A DNA stretch of 64,000 nucleotides from Malacoraja senta (Eukaryota): assembly GCA_038087875.1 (NCBI GenBank), contig JAXLNO010000385.1, positions 1,302,001-1,366,000 on the forward strand. The letters run 5' to 3'. The notes beneath the pieces are model-generated. The model searched no databases. It was not told where the DNA came from and was given only the letters and a program-made list of their open reading frames with translations. The position numbers and the translations under genes were made by a program. This document shows, piece by piece, positions 11,385 to 24,818 of this stretch (its first letter is position 1; the number at the start of each line of letters is the position of its first letter).

Positions 11385-14260
11385 AAAGATTCGCTCAATG
11401 TTAACAAAATGTTTATACATCTAAAGCGGTAGCAGATAGTACCAAACTTAGAGAGTTCCTGGATAATTGTAATCTCCCAAAACTCAATGTGAGTGAACAA
11501 GAGGAATTAGGTGCACAAGTCTCAACTGAGGAAATAGAAGAAACAATAAATACATTAAAGAATGGAAAAACTCCAGGACCAGATGGTTTTAGTAATGAAT
11601 TTTATAAAGGATTTTACGAGATAATTACACCACGACTACATAAAATGTATACATATGCTTTTAAAGAACATACACTTCCAGAAACATTGGCGGAGTCAAC
11701 GATTACACTTATACTTAAAAAAGGTAAAGATTTAGAAGATCCGGGTTCTTATAGAGCTATTGCGCTGTTAAATACAGATCTAAACATATTAGCGAAAACA
11801 TTAGCTAGAAGGCTAAGTAACTATGTCAGTAAATTAATAAATCCGGATCAAACAGGGTTTATACCCAAGAGATACTCAAGCAATAACCTGAGACGTCTGT
11901 TTAATATAATGCACTCACATAAAACCGAAGAGCACGATTTATCAATTATTTCACTGGACGCAGAAAAAGGATTTGATCAAGTGGAATGGGATTATATGGT
12001 TAAAGTATTGCAAAAATTTCAAGTGGGAGAGAATTTTATCGCTTGGGTAAAATTATTATATGATAGGCCTACGGCCAGAATATTAACCAATAATATTTTG
12101 TCCTCGAAATTTCAGTTATCAAGGGGAAATAGACAGGGGTGTTCATTATCACCTCTGCTATTTGCTCTTGTAATAGAACCGTTAGCGGAAAGTATTAGGA
12201 TACATTCGAATATTCATGGGTACAATACAAAATATTCAAATAATAAGATATCTTTATATGCAGATGATGTACTACTATATATTATAAAATCACAAACTAG
12301 TATACCAAATATATTAAATTTAATTGAGGAATTTGGATCCTTTTCAGGATATAGAATAAATTGGAATAAAAGTGAAATTATGACGATTAAACCTCAAGAA
12401 TCGACACCTGTTAAAATTCCCTTTTAAAATCGCTTCAGAAAAATTTAAATATTTGGGAAATGAAATTACTAGAAAATATAAATCTCTATTTAATGCAAAC
12501 TATATGCCCTTACTCAATAAACTAAACACGCTGATTAAATTCTGGAAAACACTCCTGATGTCTCTTATGGGCCGAATAAATGCTATAAAAATGATCTTTT
12601 TACCACAAATTGTATATCTATTCCAGTCAATACTTACCAAAAAAATTTTTTTTTTTAATTGGATGCTGATTTTACAAATTTTATATGGGACTATAAATCC
12701 CACAGAATCCAAAGAAAACATTTCTGTAAACCTAAGGAATTTGGTTGATTATCACTCCCCAATTTTTAATATTATTATTGGGCCACAAATGTCAAAAATA
12801 TGATTCACCTGTTGGACAATTCGGCCCAGCAGGTGGATTGGATAGTAATGGAGAGAGAGGACTGTTCCCCTTTTAACATAGGAGCGATCCTTCTCTCACC
12901 AACAAAAATAAAGAATACAATATATAGTAAAAATCCAATTATTCATAGTACAATTAGAATTTGGAAACAAATAAAATTAACGTTAAAATTAAGAAATCTA
13001 TCACTTCTTTCAACTATAATGAATAACCCTTCGTTTAAACCTTCTATGATAGATAGAGCTTTTATAAATTGGGAAAGAGTAGGATTTAAAACGTTTGGAG
13101 ATATGTATGATAATGGAAGTTTTTTAACATTTCACCAATTACAACTTAAATACAACTTGAATAGTAATCAATATTTCAAATATTTTCAACTACGTGACTA
13201 TTTGAAAAAGTATACACGAGAATATCAAAATATGTCTCCTGACCTATTAGATGGGATAATGAATATAAAAGCGGAATCAGCTAATTTAATATCATACCTA
13301 TAGAATTCCATTTTAAATATAGAAATTCCATCATCGGACGGGATTAGAAGAGAATGGGAACAGGAACTAGCTATAAAAATCTCGAAAGAGAGTTGGGATA
13401 AACATCTATTATATGTGCATAAATGTTCGATTAACGTAAGATACTCTGATTCAATTAAAAATTTTACATAGATTATATTATTCTAGAGCTAAATTAAGTA
13501 AATTTTACCCAAATACCTCTGCTAACTGTGATAAATGCCTAGTCCAAGAATCAACTATAGCACATTCTTTTATTTTTTGTATAAAAATTCAAAAATATTG
13601 GAATGAAATTTTTGAAATTTTCACTAAATTATTTAAAATAAAACTGAAACCGAATGCACAACTGATTATTTTTGGAACAATAGAAGCAAGTTTGGAGCTG
13701 ACTGCGTTTCAAAGGAGTTTTCTTAGTTATGGCTTAATAACGGCAAAAAAACTGATACTGAAATTTTGGAAAAATGCTCCTACGCCAACAATAAAAATGT
13801 GGACTTCTAATATGTCGGAATTGTTACATCTGGAAGATATGAGATTCCTCCTAGCAGGTAAACAAGACCAATTCCAAAAGATTTGGTCTCCATATATCGA
13901 CTTATTACCAACATTGCAACAAAATGTTGATAATAAATGGTTTTAGGACCTGGCGAGGGGTGAGTAAAGATAAGAAGTAGGTACATCCCTTTCATATAGT
14001 CCTATCTTATTTTCTTTTTTTTCTTTTTTTCTTTTCTTCTTTAACTACTTCTTGTGGTTTAGGTTCACATGTGTGTTCCTGGACCACTTTTTCATTCACT
14101 CACTGACTGTCTTTGCTAGCTCTATCTATCCTTTTTTTCTATTAAAGTTGAAAACAGAAGTGGTACAAGAACTGTATAAATTTACGTTACTGCAGATTTC
14201 TGTAATGTAAAATACTTCTAATTTAAAAAAAAAATAATTTAAAATTCAAAAAAATAAAAA
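11385..14260 (+). mobile_element. LINE-1 copy B, 5'-truncated (RT to 3' end; ORF2 disrupted, ends 13946)
   Basis: Motifs KTPGPDG, LDAEKGFD, RQGCSLSP, YADD and CDKC, with stops and frameshifts; A-rich tail at 14225-14260. Confidence 0.93.
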
Positions 14261-17200
14261 GAACTCTATGACGAACTCTCAATCGAACGCGAACTCGATC
14301 TCGAACTCGAACTGGAATTCGAACTCGAATTCGACCTCTCTCTCGAACTCGAACTCGATCTCTAACTCGAACTATCTCGAAGTCGAAATCTATTTCGAAC
14401 GAACTCGAACTCGAACTCGAACGCGAACTCTATCTCCAGCTAAAACTCGAATCCGAACTCGAACTATCTCGACCTCGAACTTTATCTCGAACTCCAAATC
14501 TATCTCGAACTCGAACTCGAATTCGATCTCGAACTCGAGTTGGATTTCGACTTACAGGCGGAGCATCAAGACAAATTCCTTGTTTGTGAATACTTGGCCA
14601 ATAAACTTATTCATTCATTCATTCATTCAACTCGAACTCTATCTCGAATTCTAATTCGAACTCGAAATCTATCTCGAAATCTCTCTCGAACTAAAACTCG
14701 AACTAGAACTCTATCTCTGGCTAAAACTCGAATTCGAACTCTAAATATCTCGACCTCAAACTCTATCTCGAACTGGAAATCTAACGAACTCGAACTCCTA
14801 CTGGAACTCGAACTCTATCTCCAACTCGAACTCTATCTCGAACTCGATCTCGAATTCGAGTTCGACTTGCGGGCGGAGCACCAAGGTCAATTCCTTGTAT
14901 GTGAATACATGCCCAATAAACGTATTCATTCTTTCATTCATGCGTTCAGTCAACTCGAACTCGAACTATCTCTAGAACTCAAACTCAAAACCTATCTTGA
15001 GCTCGAACTCTATCTCCAGCTAAAACTCGAATCCGAACTCGAACTATCTCGACCTCGAACTTTATCTCGAACTCCAAATCTATCTCGAACTCGAACTCGA
15101 ATTCGATCTCGAACTCAAGTTGGATTTCGATTTACGGGCGGAGCACCAAGGCAAATTCCTTGTATGTGAATACTTTGATAATAAACATTCATTCATTCAT
15201 TCATTCATTTAGCTCGAACTCGAGCTCAAACTTGAACTCGAACTCTATCACAAACTCTATCTCCAACTCGAACTCTATCTCCATCTCGAACTCGAACTCA
15301 TACTCTATCTCGAACTCGTTCTCAAACTCGAGTTCGAGTTCGACTTGCGGGCGGAGCACCAAGGCAAATTCCTTCTATGTGAATACATTGCCAATAAACT
15401 TATTCATTCATTCATTCATTCATTCATTCATTCCGTCAACTCGAACTCGAACTCGAACTCTATCTCGAACTCTCTCTCGAACTAAAACTCGGACGAACTC
15501 GTACTCTATCTCGAACTCGAACTCGAACTATCTCGAACTCGAACTCTATCTCGAACTCGAACTCTATCTCGAACTCTATCTCGAACTCTCTCGAACTCAA
15601 ACTCTCTCTCGAACTCAAACTCTCTCTCGATCTCAAATTCTATCTCGAACTCTATCTCGAACTATCTCGAACGCGAACTCGATCTCGAACACGAACTCGA
15701 ACTATCTTGAACTCGAACTCGAACTCTATCTTGAACTCGAAGTCTATCTCGAAATCGAACTCGAAATCGATCTCAAACTCGAGTTGGAGTTCGAGTTACG
15801 GGCGGAGCACCAAGGCAAATTCCTTGTATGTGAATACTTGGCCAATAAACGTATTCATTAATTCATTCATTCATTTAACACGAACTCTACCTCGAACTCC
15901 AACTCCAACTCCAACTTGAACTCTAACTCGAACTCTCTCTCGAACTCTCTCTCGAACTCTATCTCGAATTCTCTCTCTAACTAAAACTCGAACTCGTACT
16001 ATATCTCGAACTATCTCGAACTATCTCAAACGCGAACTCGATTTCAAACTCGATCTCGATCTCGAACTCGAACTTTATCTTGAACTCGAACTCAAAATCA
16101 TCTTGAACTCGAACTCTATCTCTAGCTAAAACTCGAATTCGTACTCGAACTATCTCGACCTCGAACTTTATCTCGAACTCGAAATCTATCTCGAACTCAA
16201 ACTAGAATTCGATCTCGAACTCGAGTTGGATTTCGTCTTACCGGCGGAGCACCAAGGCAAACTCCTTGTTTGTGAATACTTGGCCAATAAACTTATACAT
16301 TCATTCATTCATTCAACTCGTACTCTATCTCGAACTCGAACTCTTATCTCGAACTCGAACTCGAACTCTCTCGAACTCGAACTCTATCTCGAACTATCTC
16401 GAACGCGAACTCGAACTCTATCTTGAACTCGAACTCTATCTCGAACTCGCTCTCTACCTAAAACTCGAACTCGAACTCTATCTCGACCTCTCTCTCTACC
16501 TAAAACTCGAACTCGAACTCGTACTCTATCTCGAACTCGAAATCTATCTCGAGCTCGAACTATCTCGAACTCTCTCGAACTCGAACTCCATCTCGAACGA
16601 ACTCGAGCGCGAACGAACTCAAACTCGAATTTTATCTCGAACTCGAACTCGAATTCGAACACGAACTCTATCTCGATCTCTCTCTCTCTAACCAAAACTC
16701 GAACTCGAACGTACTCTATCTCGAACTCGAACTCAAAGGAATTGAACTTGAACTCGAACTCTATCTTGAACTCGAACTCAAACGAATTGAACTTGAACTC
16801 GAACTCTATCTCGAACTCGAACTCGAACTCTATCTCTAACTCTATCACGAACTCAATCTCGAACTCGAACTCTATCTCGAACTCGAACTCGAACTCTATC
16901 TCTATCGACTTGCGGGCGGAGCACCAAGTAAACTCCTTGTATGTGAATACATGGCCAATAAACTGATGCATTCATACATTCATTCAGTTAACTCGAACTC
17001 GAAATCTCTCTTGAACTCTCTCTCTCTCGAACTCGAGCTCGAACTATATCTCGAACTCGAACGCGAACTCGAACACCAACTTCAAATCCAACTTGAACTC
17101 GAACTCTTTCTCGAATTTTATCACGAACTCTATATCTATCTCGAACTCTTTCGCGAGCTCGAATACGAACTCGAACTCGAACTCTATCTCGAACTCGAAC

Positions 17201-18234
17201 TATCTAGAACTCCAACGTGAACTCGAACTCTATCTCGAACTCGAACACTATCGCGAACTTTATCTCGAACTCGAAATATATCTCAAACTCGGTCTTTCTC
17301 GAACTCTTTCTAGAACTCGCTCCAGAACTCGAATTCGAATTCGAATTAACACTATCTCGAACTCTCTCCCAAACTCGAACTCGAACTCGATCTCGAAATC
17401 CAACTCCAACTCGAACTTGAACTCGCTCTCTAACACGAACTCTATCACGAACTCCATCTCGAACTCGAAAACTATCTATCTCGAACTTTATCTCGAACTC
17501 CAAATCTATCTCGAACTCGAACTCGAATTCGATCTCGAACTCGAGTTGGATTTCGACTTACAGGCGGAGCATCAAGACAAATTCCTTGTTTGTGAATACT
17601 TGGCCAATAAACTTATTCATTCATTCATTCATTCAACTCGAACTCAATCTCGAATTCTAATTCGAACTCGAAATCTATCTCGAAATCTCTCTCGAACTAA
17701 AACTCGAACTAGAACTCTATCTCTGGCTAAAACTCGAATTCGAACTCTAAATATCTCGACCTCAAACTCTATCTCGAACTGGAAATCTAACGAACTCGAA
17801 CTCCTACTGGAACTCGAACTCTATCTCCAACTCGAACTCTATCTCGAACTCGATCTCGAATTCGAGTTCGACTTGCGGGCGGAGCACCAAGGTCGAACTC
17901 GAACTCTATCTCGAACTCGAACTATCTAGAACTCCAACGTGAACTCGAACTCTATCTCGAACTCGAACACTATCGCGAACTTTATCTCGAACTCCAAATA
18001 TATCTCGAACTCGGTCTTTCTCGAACTCTTTCTAGAACTCGCTCTAGAACTCGAATTCGAATTCGAATTAACACTATCTCGAACTCTCTCCCAAACTCGA
18101 ACTCGAACTCGATCTCGAAATCCAACTCCAACTCGAACTTGAACTCGAACTCTAACACGAACTTTATCACGAACTCCATCTCGAACTCGAAAACTATCTA
18201 TCTCGAACTCGAAATCGCACTCGAACTCGAATTG

Positions 18235-20045
18235 GAATGTAGGTCCCTTGCAGTCAGAAACAGGTGAATTGATCATGGGGAACAAGGATATGGCGGACCA
18301 ATTGAATAACTACTTTGGTTCCGTCTTCACTAAGGAAGACATAAATAATCTGCCGGAAATAGCAGGGGGCCGCGGCTCAAATGAGATGGAGGAACTGAGT
18401 GAAATCCAGGTTAGTCGGGAAGTGGTGTTGGGTAAATTGAATGGATTAAAGGCCGATAAATCACCAGGGTCAGATAGGCTGCATCCCAGAGTACTTAAGG
18501 AAGTAGCTCCAGAAATAGTGGATGCATTAGTGATAATTTTTCAAAACTCTTTAGATTCTGGAGTAGTTCCTGAGGATTGGTGGGTAGCAAACGTAACCCC
18601 ACTTTTTAAGAAGGGAGGGAGAGAGAAAACGGGGAATTACAGACCAGTTAGTCTAACATCGGTAGTGGGGAAACTGCTAGAGTCAATTATTAAAGATGGG
18701 ATAGCAGCACATTTGGAAAGTGGTGAAATCATTGGACAAAGTCAGCATGGATTTAATAAAGGTAAATCGTGTCTGACGAAACTTATAGAATTTTTCGAGG
18801 ATGTATCTAGTAGAGTCGACAGGGGAGAACCAGTGGATGTGTTGTATCTGGACTTTCAGAAGGCTTTCGACAATGTACCACATAAGAGATTAGGATACAA
18901 ACTTAAATCACACGGTATTGGGGGTTCAGTATTGATGTGGATAGAGAACTGGCTGGCAAACAGGAAGCAAAGAGTAGGAGTAAACGGCTCCTTTTCACAA
19001 TGGCAGGCAGTGACTAGTGGGGTACCGCAAGGCTCAGTGCTGGGACCCCAGTTATTTACAATTTATATTAATGATCTGGACGAGGGAATTGAACGCAACA
19101 TCTCCAAGTTTGCGGATGACACTAAGCTGGGGGGGCAGTGTTAGCTGTGAGGAGGATGCTAGGAGACTGCAAGGTGACTTGGATAGGCTGGGTGAGTGGG
19201 CAAATGTTTGGCAGATGCAATATAATGTGGATAAAAGTGAGGTTATCCACTTTGGTGGCAAAAACGGGAAGGCAGACTATTATCTAAATGGTGGCCGATT
19301 AGGAAATGGGGAGATGCAGCGAGACCTGGGTGTCATGGTACACCAGTCATTGAAAGTAGGCATGCAGGTGAAGCAGGCAGTGAAGAAAGCGAATGGTATG
19401 TTGGCCTTCATAGCAAGAGGATTTGAGTATAGGAGCAGGGAGGTTCTACTGCAGTTGTACAGGGTCTTGGTGATACCACACCTGGAGTATTGCGTACAGT
19501 TTTGGTCTCCAAATCTGAGGAAGGACATTATAGCCATACAGGGAGTGCAGAGAAGGTTCACCAGACTGATTCCTGGGATGTCAGGACTTTCATATGAAGA
19601 AAGACTGGATAGACTTGGCTTATACTCGCTAGAATTTAAGAGATTGAGAGGGGATCTTATAGAATCGTACACAATTCTTATGGGATGGACAGGCTAGATG
19701 CAGGAAGATTGTTCCCGATGTTGGGGAAGTCCAGGACAAGGGGTCACAGCTTAAGGATAAGGGGGAAATCCTTTAAGACCTAGATGAGGAAAAACGTTTT
19801 CACACAGAGAGTGGTGAATCTCTGGAACTCTCTGCCACAGAGGGTAGTTGAGGCCAGTTCATTGGCTATATTTAAGAGGGAGTTAGATGTGGCCCTTGTG
19901 GCTTAGGGGATCAGGGGGTATGGAGAGAAGGCAGGTACGGGATACTGAGTTGGATGATCAGCCATGATCATATTGAATGGCGGTGCAGGCTCGAAGGGCC
20001 GAATGGCCTACTCCTGCACCTATTTTCTATGTATCTATGTATCTA
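18235..20045 (+). mobile_element. CR1 LINE, 5'-truncated (RT region, frameshifted)
   Basis: Motifs [41 protein letters not shown]; 3' tail (TCTATGTA)n at ~20025-20045. Confidence 0.95.
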
Positions 20046-20216
20046 AGTTACGGGCGGAGCACCAAGGCAAATTCCTTGTATGTGAATTCTTGGCCAATAA
20101 ATTTATTCATTCATTCATTCATTTAACTCGAACTCGAGCTCGAACTTGAACTCGAACTCGAACTATCTCGAACTCGAGCTCTATCTCGAACTCCAACTCG
20201 AACTCCGACTCCAACT

Positions 20217-21506
20217 TGGATTTACGAAGGGGAAATCATGCTTGATTAATCTTCTGGAATTTTTTGAAGATGTAACTCGGTAAATGGACAAGGGAGCGCC
20301 CGTGGATGTAGTGTACCTGGACTTTCAGAAAGCATTTGATAAGGTCCCACATAGGAGATTAGTGGGCAAAATTAGGGCACATGGTATTGGGTGTAGAGTG
20401 CTGACATGGATAGATAAGTGGTTGGCAGACAGGAAACAAAGAGTAAGGATTAACGGGTTCCTTTCAGAATGGCAGGCAGTGACTAGTGGGGTACCGCAAG
20501 GCTCGGTGCTGCGACCTCAGCTATTTACAATATACATCAATGATTTGGATGAAGAGATTCAAAGTAACATTAGCAAATTTGCAGATAATACAAAGCTGGG
20601 TGGCAGTGTGAACTGTGAGGAGGATGCTATGAGAATGCAGGGTGACTTGGACAGGTTGGGGAGTGGGCAGATGCATGGCAGATGAAGTTTAATGCGGATA
20701 AATGTGAGGTTATCCACTTTGGTAGCAAACACAGGAAGGCAGATTACTAACTAAATGGCGTCAAGTTGGGAAAAGGGGAAGTACAACGGGATCTGGGGTC
20801 CTTGTACACCAGTCTATGAAAGTAAACATGCAGGTACAGCAGGCAGTGAAGAAAGCAAATGGCATGTTGGCCTTTATAACAAGAGGAATCTAAAATAGGA
20901 GCAAAGAGGTCCTTCTGCATTAGTACAGGGCCCTAGTGAGACCACACCTGGAGTATTGTGTGCAGTTTTGGTCCCCTAATTTGAGGAAGGACATTCTTGC
21001 AATTGAGGGAGTGCAGCGTAGGTTTACAAGGTTAATTCCCGGGATGGCTGGACTGTCAAATGCTCAGAGAATAGAGTAACTGGGCTTGGACACTTTGGAG
21101 TTTAGAAGGATGAGAGGGCATCTCATTGAAACATATAAGATTGTTAAGGGCTTGGACACACTAGAGGCAGGACACATGTTCCCGATGTTAGGGAAGTCGA
21201 GAACCAGGGACCACAGTTTAAGAATAAGGAGTAAGCCATTTAGAACGGAGACGAGAAAACGCTTTTTCTCACCGAGAGTGGTGAGTCCGTGGAATTCTCT
21301 GCCTCAGAGGGCGGTGGAGGCAGGTTCTCTGGATGCTTTCAAGAGAGAGCTAGATAGGGCTTAAAAATAGCGGAGTCAGGGGATATTGGGAGAAGGCAGG
21401 AACGGGGTACTGATTGTGGAAAATCAGCCATGATCACATTGAGTGGCGGTGCTGGCTCGAAGGGACAAATGGCCTACTCCTGCACCTATTGTCTATTGTC
21501 TATTGA
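20217..21506 (+). mobile_element. CR1 LINE, second subfamily, 5'-truncated and degraded
   Basis: Motifs [30 protein letters not shown]; tail (CTATTGT)n at ~21487-21506. Mirrored at 32561-33827. Confidence 0.93.
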
Positions 21507-22249
21507 ACTCGAACTCGAACTCGAACTCGAACTCTATCACGAATATCTCGAACTCGAACTATCTCTATCTCGAACTCGATCTCGAACTCGAGCTCGACTT
21601 GCGGGCGGAGCATCAAGGCAAATTACTTGTATGTGAATACATGGCCAATAAACTTATTCATTCATTTATTCATGCATTCAGTCAACTCGAACTCGAACTC
21701 TCTCTCGAACTCAAACTCTTATCTCGAATTCGAAATATCTCGAACTCTCTCTCGAACTTGAACTATCTCGAACTATCTCGAACGCGAACTTGATATCAAA
21801 CTCGATGTCGATCTCGAACTTTATCTTGAACTCGAACTCGAACTATATTGAACTCGAACTCTATCTCTAGCTAAAACTCGAATTCGAACTCGAACTATCT
21901 CGACCTCGAACTTTATCTAGAAATCGAAATCTATCTCGAACTCGAACTCGAAATCTATCTCGAACTCGAATTCGAATTCGATCTCGAACTCGAGTTGGAT
22001 TTCGACTTACGGGCGGAGCACCAAGGTAAACTCCTTGTACGTGAAAACTTGGCCAATAAACATTCATTCATTCATTCATGCATTCCGTCAACTCGAACTC
22101 GAACTCTCTCTCGAACTCAAACTCTATCTCAAACTCGATCTCGATCTCGAACTCGAACTCGCACTCGAACGTACTATATCTCGAAAACGATCTTGAACTC
22201 GAGTTCGAGTTCGAGTACGACTTGCGGGCGGAGCACCAAGGCAAAATCT

Positions 22250-22852
22250 TTTTTGAGGCAGCGACTCCGGTAAATCCCAACAATGGTGGGGAGGTCAGAG
22301 CCGGTGATGGACTGGGTAGTTTTCGAACCAGGCCTTGGTGCAACCACACAATATGTTCTCCACTTTACACCTGTAGAAGTTCAAGAGAATCCTCTTTGAC
22401 ACACCGAATCTCCGTAATCTTCTCAGGAAGTAGAGGCGTTGCTGTGCTTTATTTATAATTGCATCAGTGTGCTGGGTCCAGGAAAGATCTTCGGAAATAT
22501 GCACGCCAGGAATTTGAAAATGTTCACTCTCTCCACCGTTGATATAAACGGGATTGTGGAACCTCATTCTTCCTCTTCCAAAGTCCACAATCAGTTCATT
22601 GGTTTTACTGATATTGAGAGCCAGGTTATTGTGCTGGCACCATTTGGTCAATCGGTCGATCTCACTTCTTTCACACTCATCACCATCTGTAATTCGTCCA
22701 ACAATGGTGGTGTTGTCGATGAGCTTGAAGATGGAATTTGCACTGTGTCCGGCTAGACAGTAATGAGCATGGAGTGAGTGGAGCAGGGGGCTGAGTACGC
22801 AGCCTTGAGGTGCTCCTGTATTGATTGTTAATGAGGATGATGTATTTCTACC
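22250..22852 (-). mobile_element. Rex1/Babar LINE fragment (RT C-terminal part), degraded
   Basis: Motifs TGAPQGCVLSPLL, IFKL.D.TTIVG.I, WCQHNNLALNISKT.ELIVDF, KAQQRLYFLRRLR. The same element resumes at 24819-24925 and 25350-25503. Confidence 0.85.
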
Positions 22853-24818
22853 TTCTTCTTGCGAGTGAAGCATAAACCTTTGAAGCAACAAACACCGACG
22901 TCGAGGTAAGTGGGTGCTTGTTGGAAATCCAAGCGCCTGTTGTTAACGAAGACAGCTAGCTCTCGCTTAGCTTCATTGTTGTGTAGATGGAATGCTGCTT
23001 ACACTGTTTTGCCTTCGCTCAGCTTTAGATGCCACTGTCGTAGGTATACTGCAAAAGTCCCCATGTCTTGACTCAAGGAGCTTTCGATTGTCTGCCACTC
23101 TTTGTGTCTGATCAGGATGGCTAGATCGTCAGCATACCCATATTTTCCAGCGATGGTCTCTGGGAGGTAATGGATGTACACTGTGAAAAGCTGCGGAGCC
23201 AAGACAGATCCCTGTGGGACGTCATTCTTCAGTCTACATAGGGCCTGTCCCATGGGCATGCGACTCCATGCGGCAAGCGCGATCTAACCGCAAGCGGGGG
23301 GCGCGCGGAGGTCGAGTGATTCCCGTACAGGGCCGGTCCCACCAGCATGCGGCTGCATGCGGCTGCATGCGGCAAGCGCTATCAAATCGTTGCCGCATGG
23401 AATTTTTGAACAGTGTCAGTTTTTCGGAGCCCCGCGCGATGTCGGGACCAGCTCCGCACAACTCCATGCGGCTCCCGTGATCGAAGTAGGACCGGCCCCG
23501 ATTCCTCCGCGCGGCACGCGCACGGCCCCCCGGTTAAATATCAGCTCCATGATGTAGCGTACCATGCGCCTGTCTGGCAGCACCCAAAGTAGCTTTGCAG
23601 TTAGTCCCCGGTGCCACACGGTGTCATAGACAGCTGTCAGATCCATAAGAACAACCCCTGCCTTCTCATTTGCCTCAAAACAGTCCTCGATGTCTTGGGT
23701 GAGGAGGGTTACCTGGTCCGCAGTGGGTCGACCTTGGCGGAAACCAACCTGCTCGTGGGGTAGTTGAGGGTCTATGATGGTCACTGTGTCACTGGGCATT
23801 TGTCGGGTTTGGACGTAACTCTGCCGGTCAGGCGGTTGACTGTGTGCCATGCTTTACCGTGTTGGTGTTGGTGAAATCGATCGATTCAACCTTCTCAATC
23901 CATCGTTCTTATCGTTTCTCATCCAAGCGTGTGAGCAATGTAGTGGCAGTGGTTTCAGAATCCTCTTTGGTGCCAGCAGCCGTACGATCTTCGTATAGCT
24001 GTTGACACTCATCATCCCAACATGGAATGTAATCCCTCTGGTATCCACGGAGGATGGTTTTCTTGCCTACACTGATAGGCATGTTGCAGTAGGCCTGGTT
24101 GGAAGAGTCCGGGTTGGTACTGTCTGGGGGGAGGAAGGCCCGAGGAGGCTGCGTTTATAAGTTGTTGGAACTTGTCCCAGTCGGCCTTGCGGAAGTTCCA
24201 CCGCTCGATGTTGGAGCAACCAGTGGTGTTGTGGTGATGAGTGATGGTCGGTGCTGTGACCCTGGGAACCTCTCCAGAACCCGTCGCGTTGGTAACTGAT
24301 GGTTCTTTGTGTTGCTGGCAAAGGCTAGGTCTGGGTTTGTACCAGTGTTCCAGCGGGCTGAATGGAAGCTGTTTGGCTCCTTTGGATCATACAGAAGCGT
24401 GAGGTCATTGGCGGATGCCCAATCTATGAGGCTGTTTCCATCACTATTCCATCTTGAGTAGCTCCGTTCAGTGTGGTGGCAGTTGGCATCAGCTGAGTAT
24501 ACACAGGGTGGGGTGAACACTGGTATGCATGTTGTAGCCAGACGCACTGCAGGTGGCTTGTACACATTGATGATGGTGACGTCCTGGACCTTCACTGCAA
24601 GCCATTCCAGATCTGAGTCTTCTGCAGACTGCCCTTCTATAGGCCAATCCGTGTCATCTCTGATGAAAGTGGCCAGACCATATATGTTACTTGGTGTGAA
24701 AGTAGCTAGTGTGAATTCAGGTATTGTGTATTTCTCCACATTATCGCAGTGTGTCTCCTGCAGGAGTATAACATTCGCTTAGTTGGTGTATGCTAGCTGC
24801 TCAATAATTGATATCTTA
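22853..24818 (-). mobile_element. Vingi/Ingi-type LINE, internally deleted, nested in Rex1
   Basis: Endonuclease motifs ILLQETH, IINVYKPP, ARWNTGTNPDLAF, SQHRP; RT motifs DLTA.YDTVWHRGL, VPQGSVLAP, YGYADDLA. (GAA)n tail. TSD GTATTTCTACC at 22842-22852 and 24819-24829. Confidence 0.85.
23241..23531. mobile_element. GC-rich MITE-like insertion (PIF/Harbinger-like termini) in the left Vingi copy
   Basis: Starts GGGCCTGTCCCA, with an inverted match TAGGACCGGCCC at ~23487-23498 and an internal repeat GGGCCGGTCCCA at 23330. Absent from the mirrored Vingi at ~29520-29560. Confidence 0.65.

Larger units (their letters stand above)
190..22249 (+). repeat. Compound satellite, + orientation: (GAACTC)n degenerate array + ~55-bp core + (ATTC)n; interrupted by the retroelements listed separately
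   Basis: About 26 cores by eye, e.g. near 310, 470, 1503, 1847, 2677, 3690, 3905, 10000, 15796, 20048 and 22007. Each is preceded by GAACTC/TATCTC/GATCTC/GAATTC hexamers and followed by AATAAA and ATTC repeats. Confidence 0.95.

Noticed and set aside
22249..22256. Poly-A tail at the Rex/satellite junction
   Set aside because: The A run is part of the Rex coding sequence (RRCLKK), so the junction is a deletion or rearrangement breakpoint.
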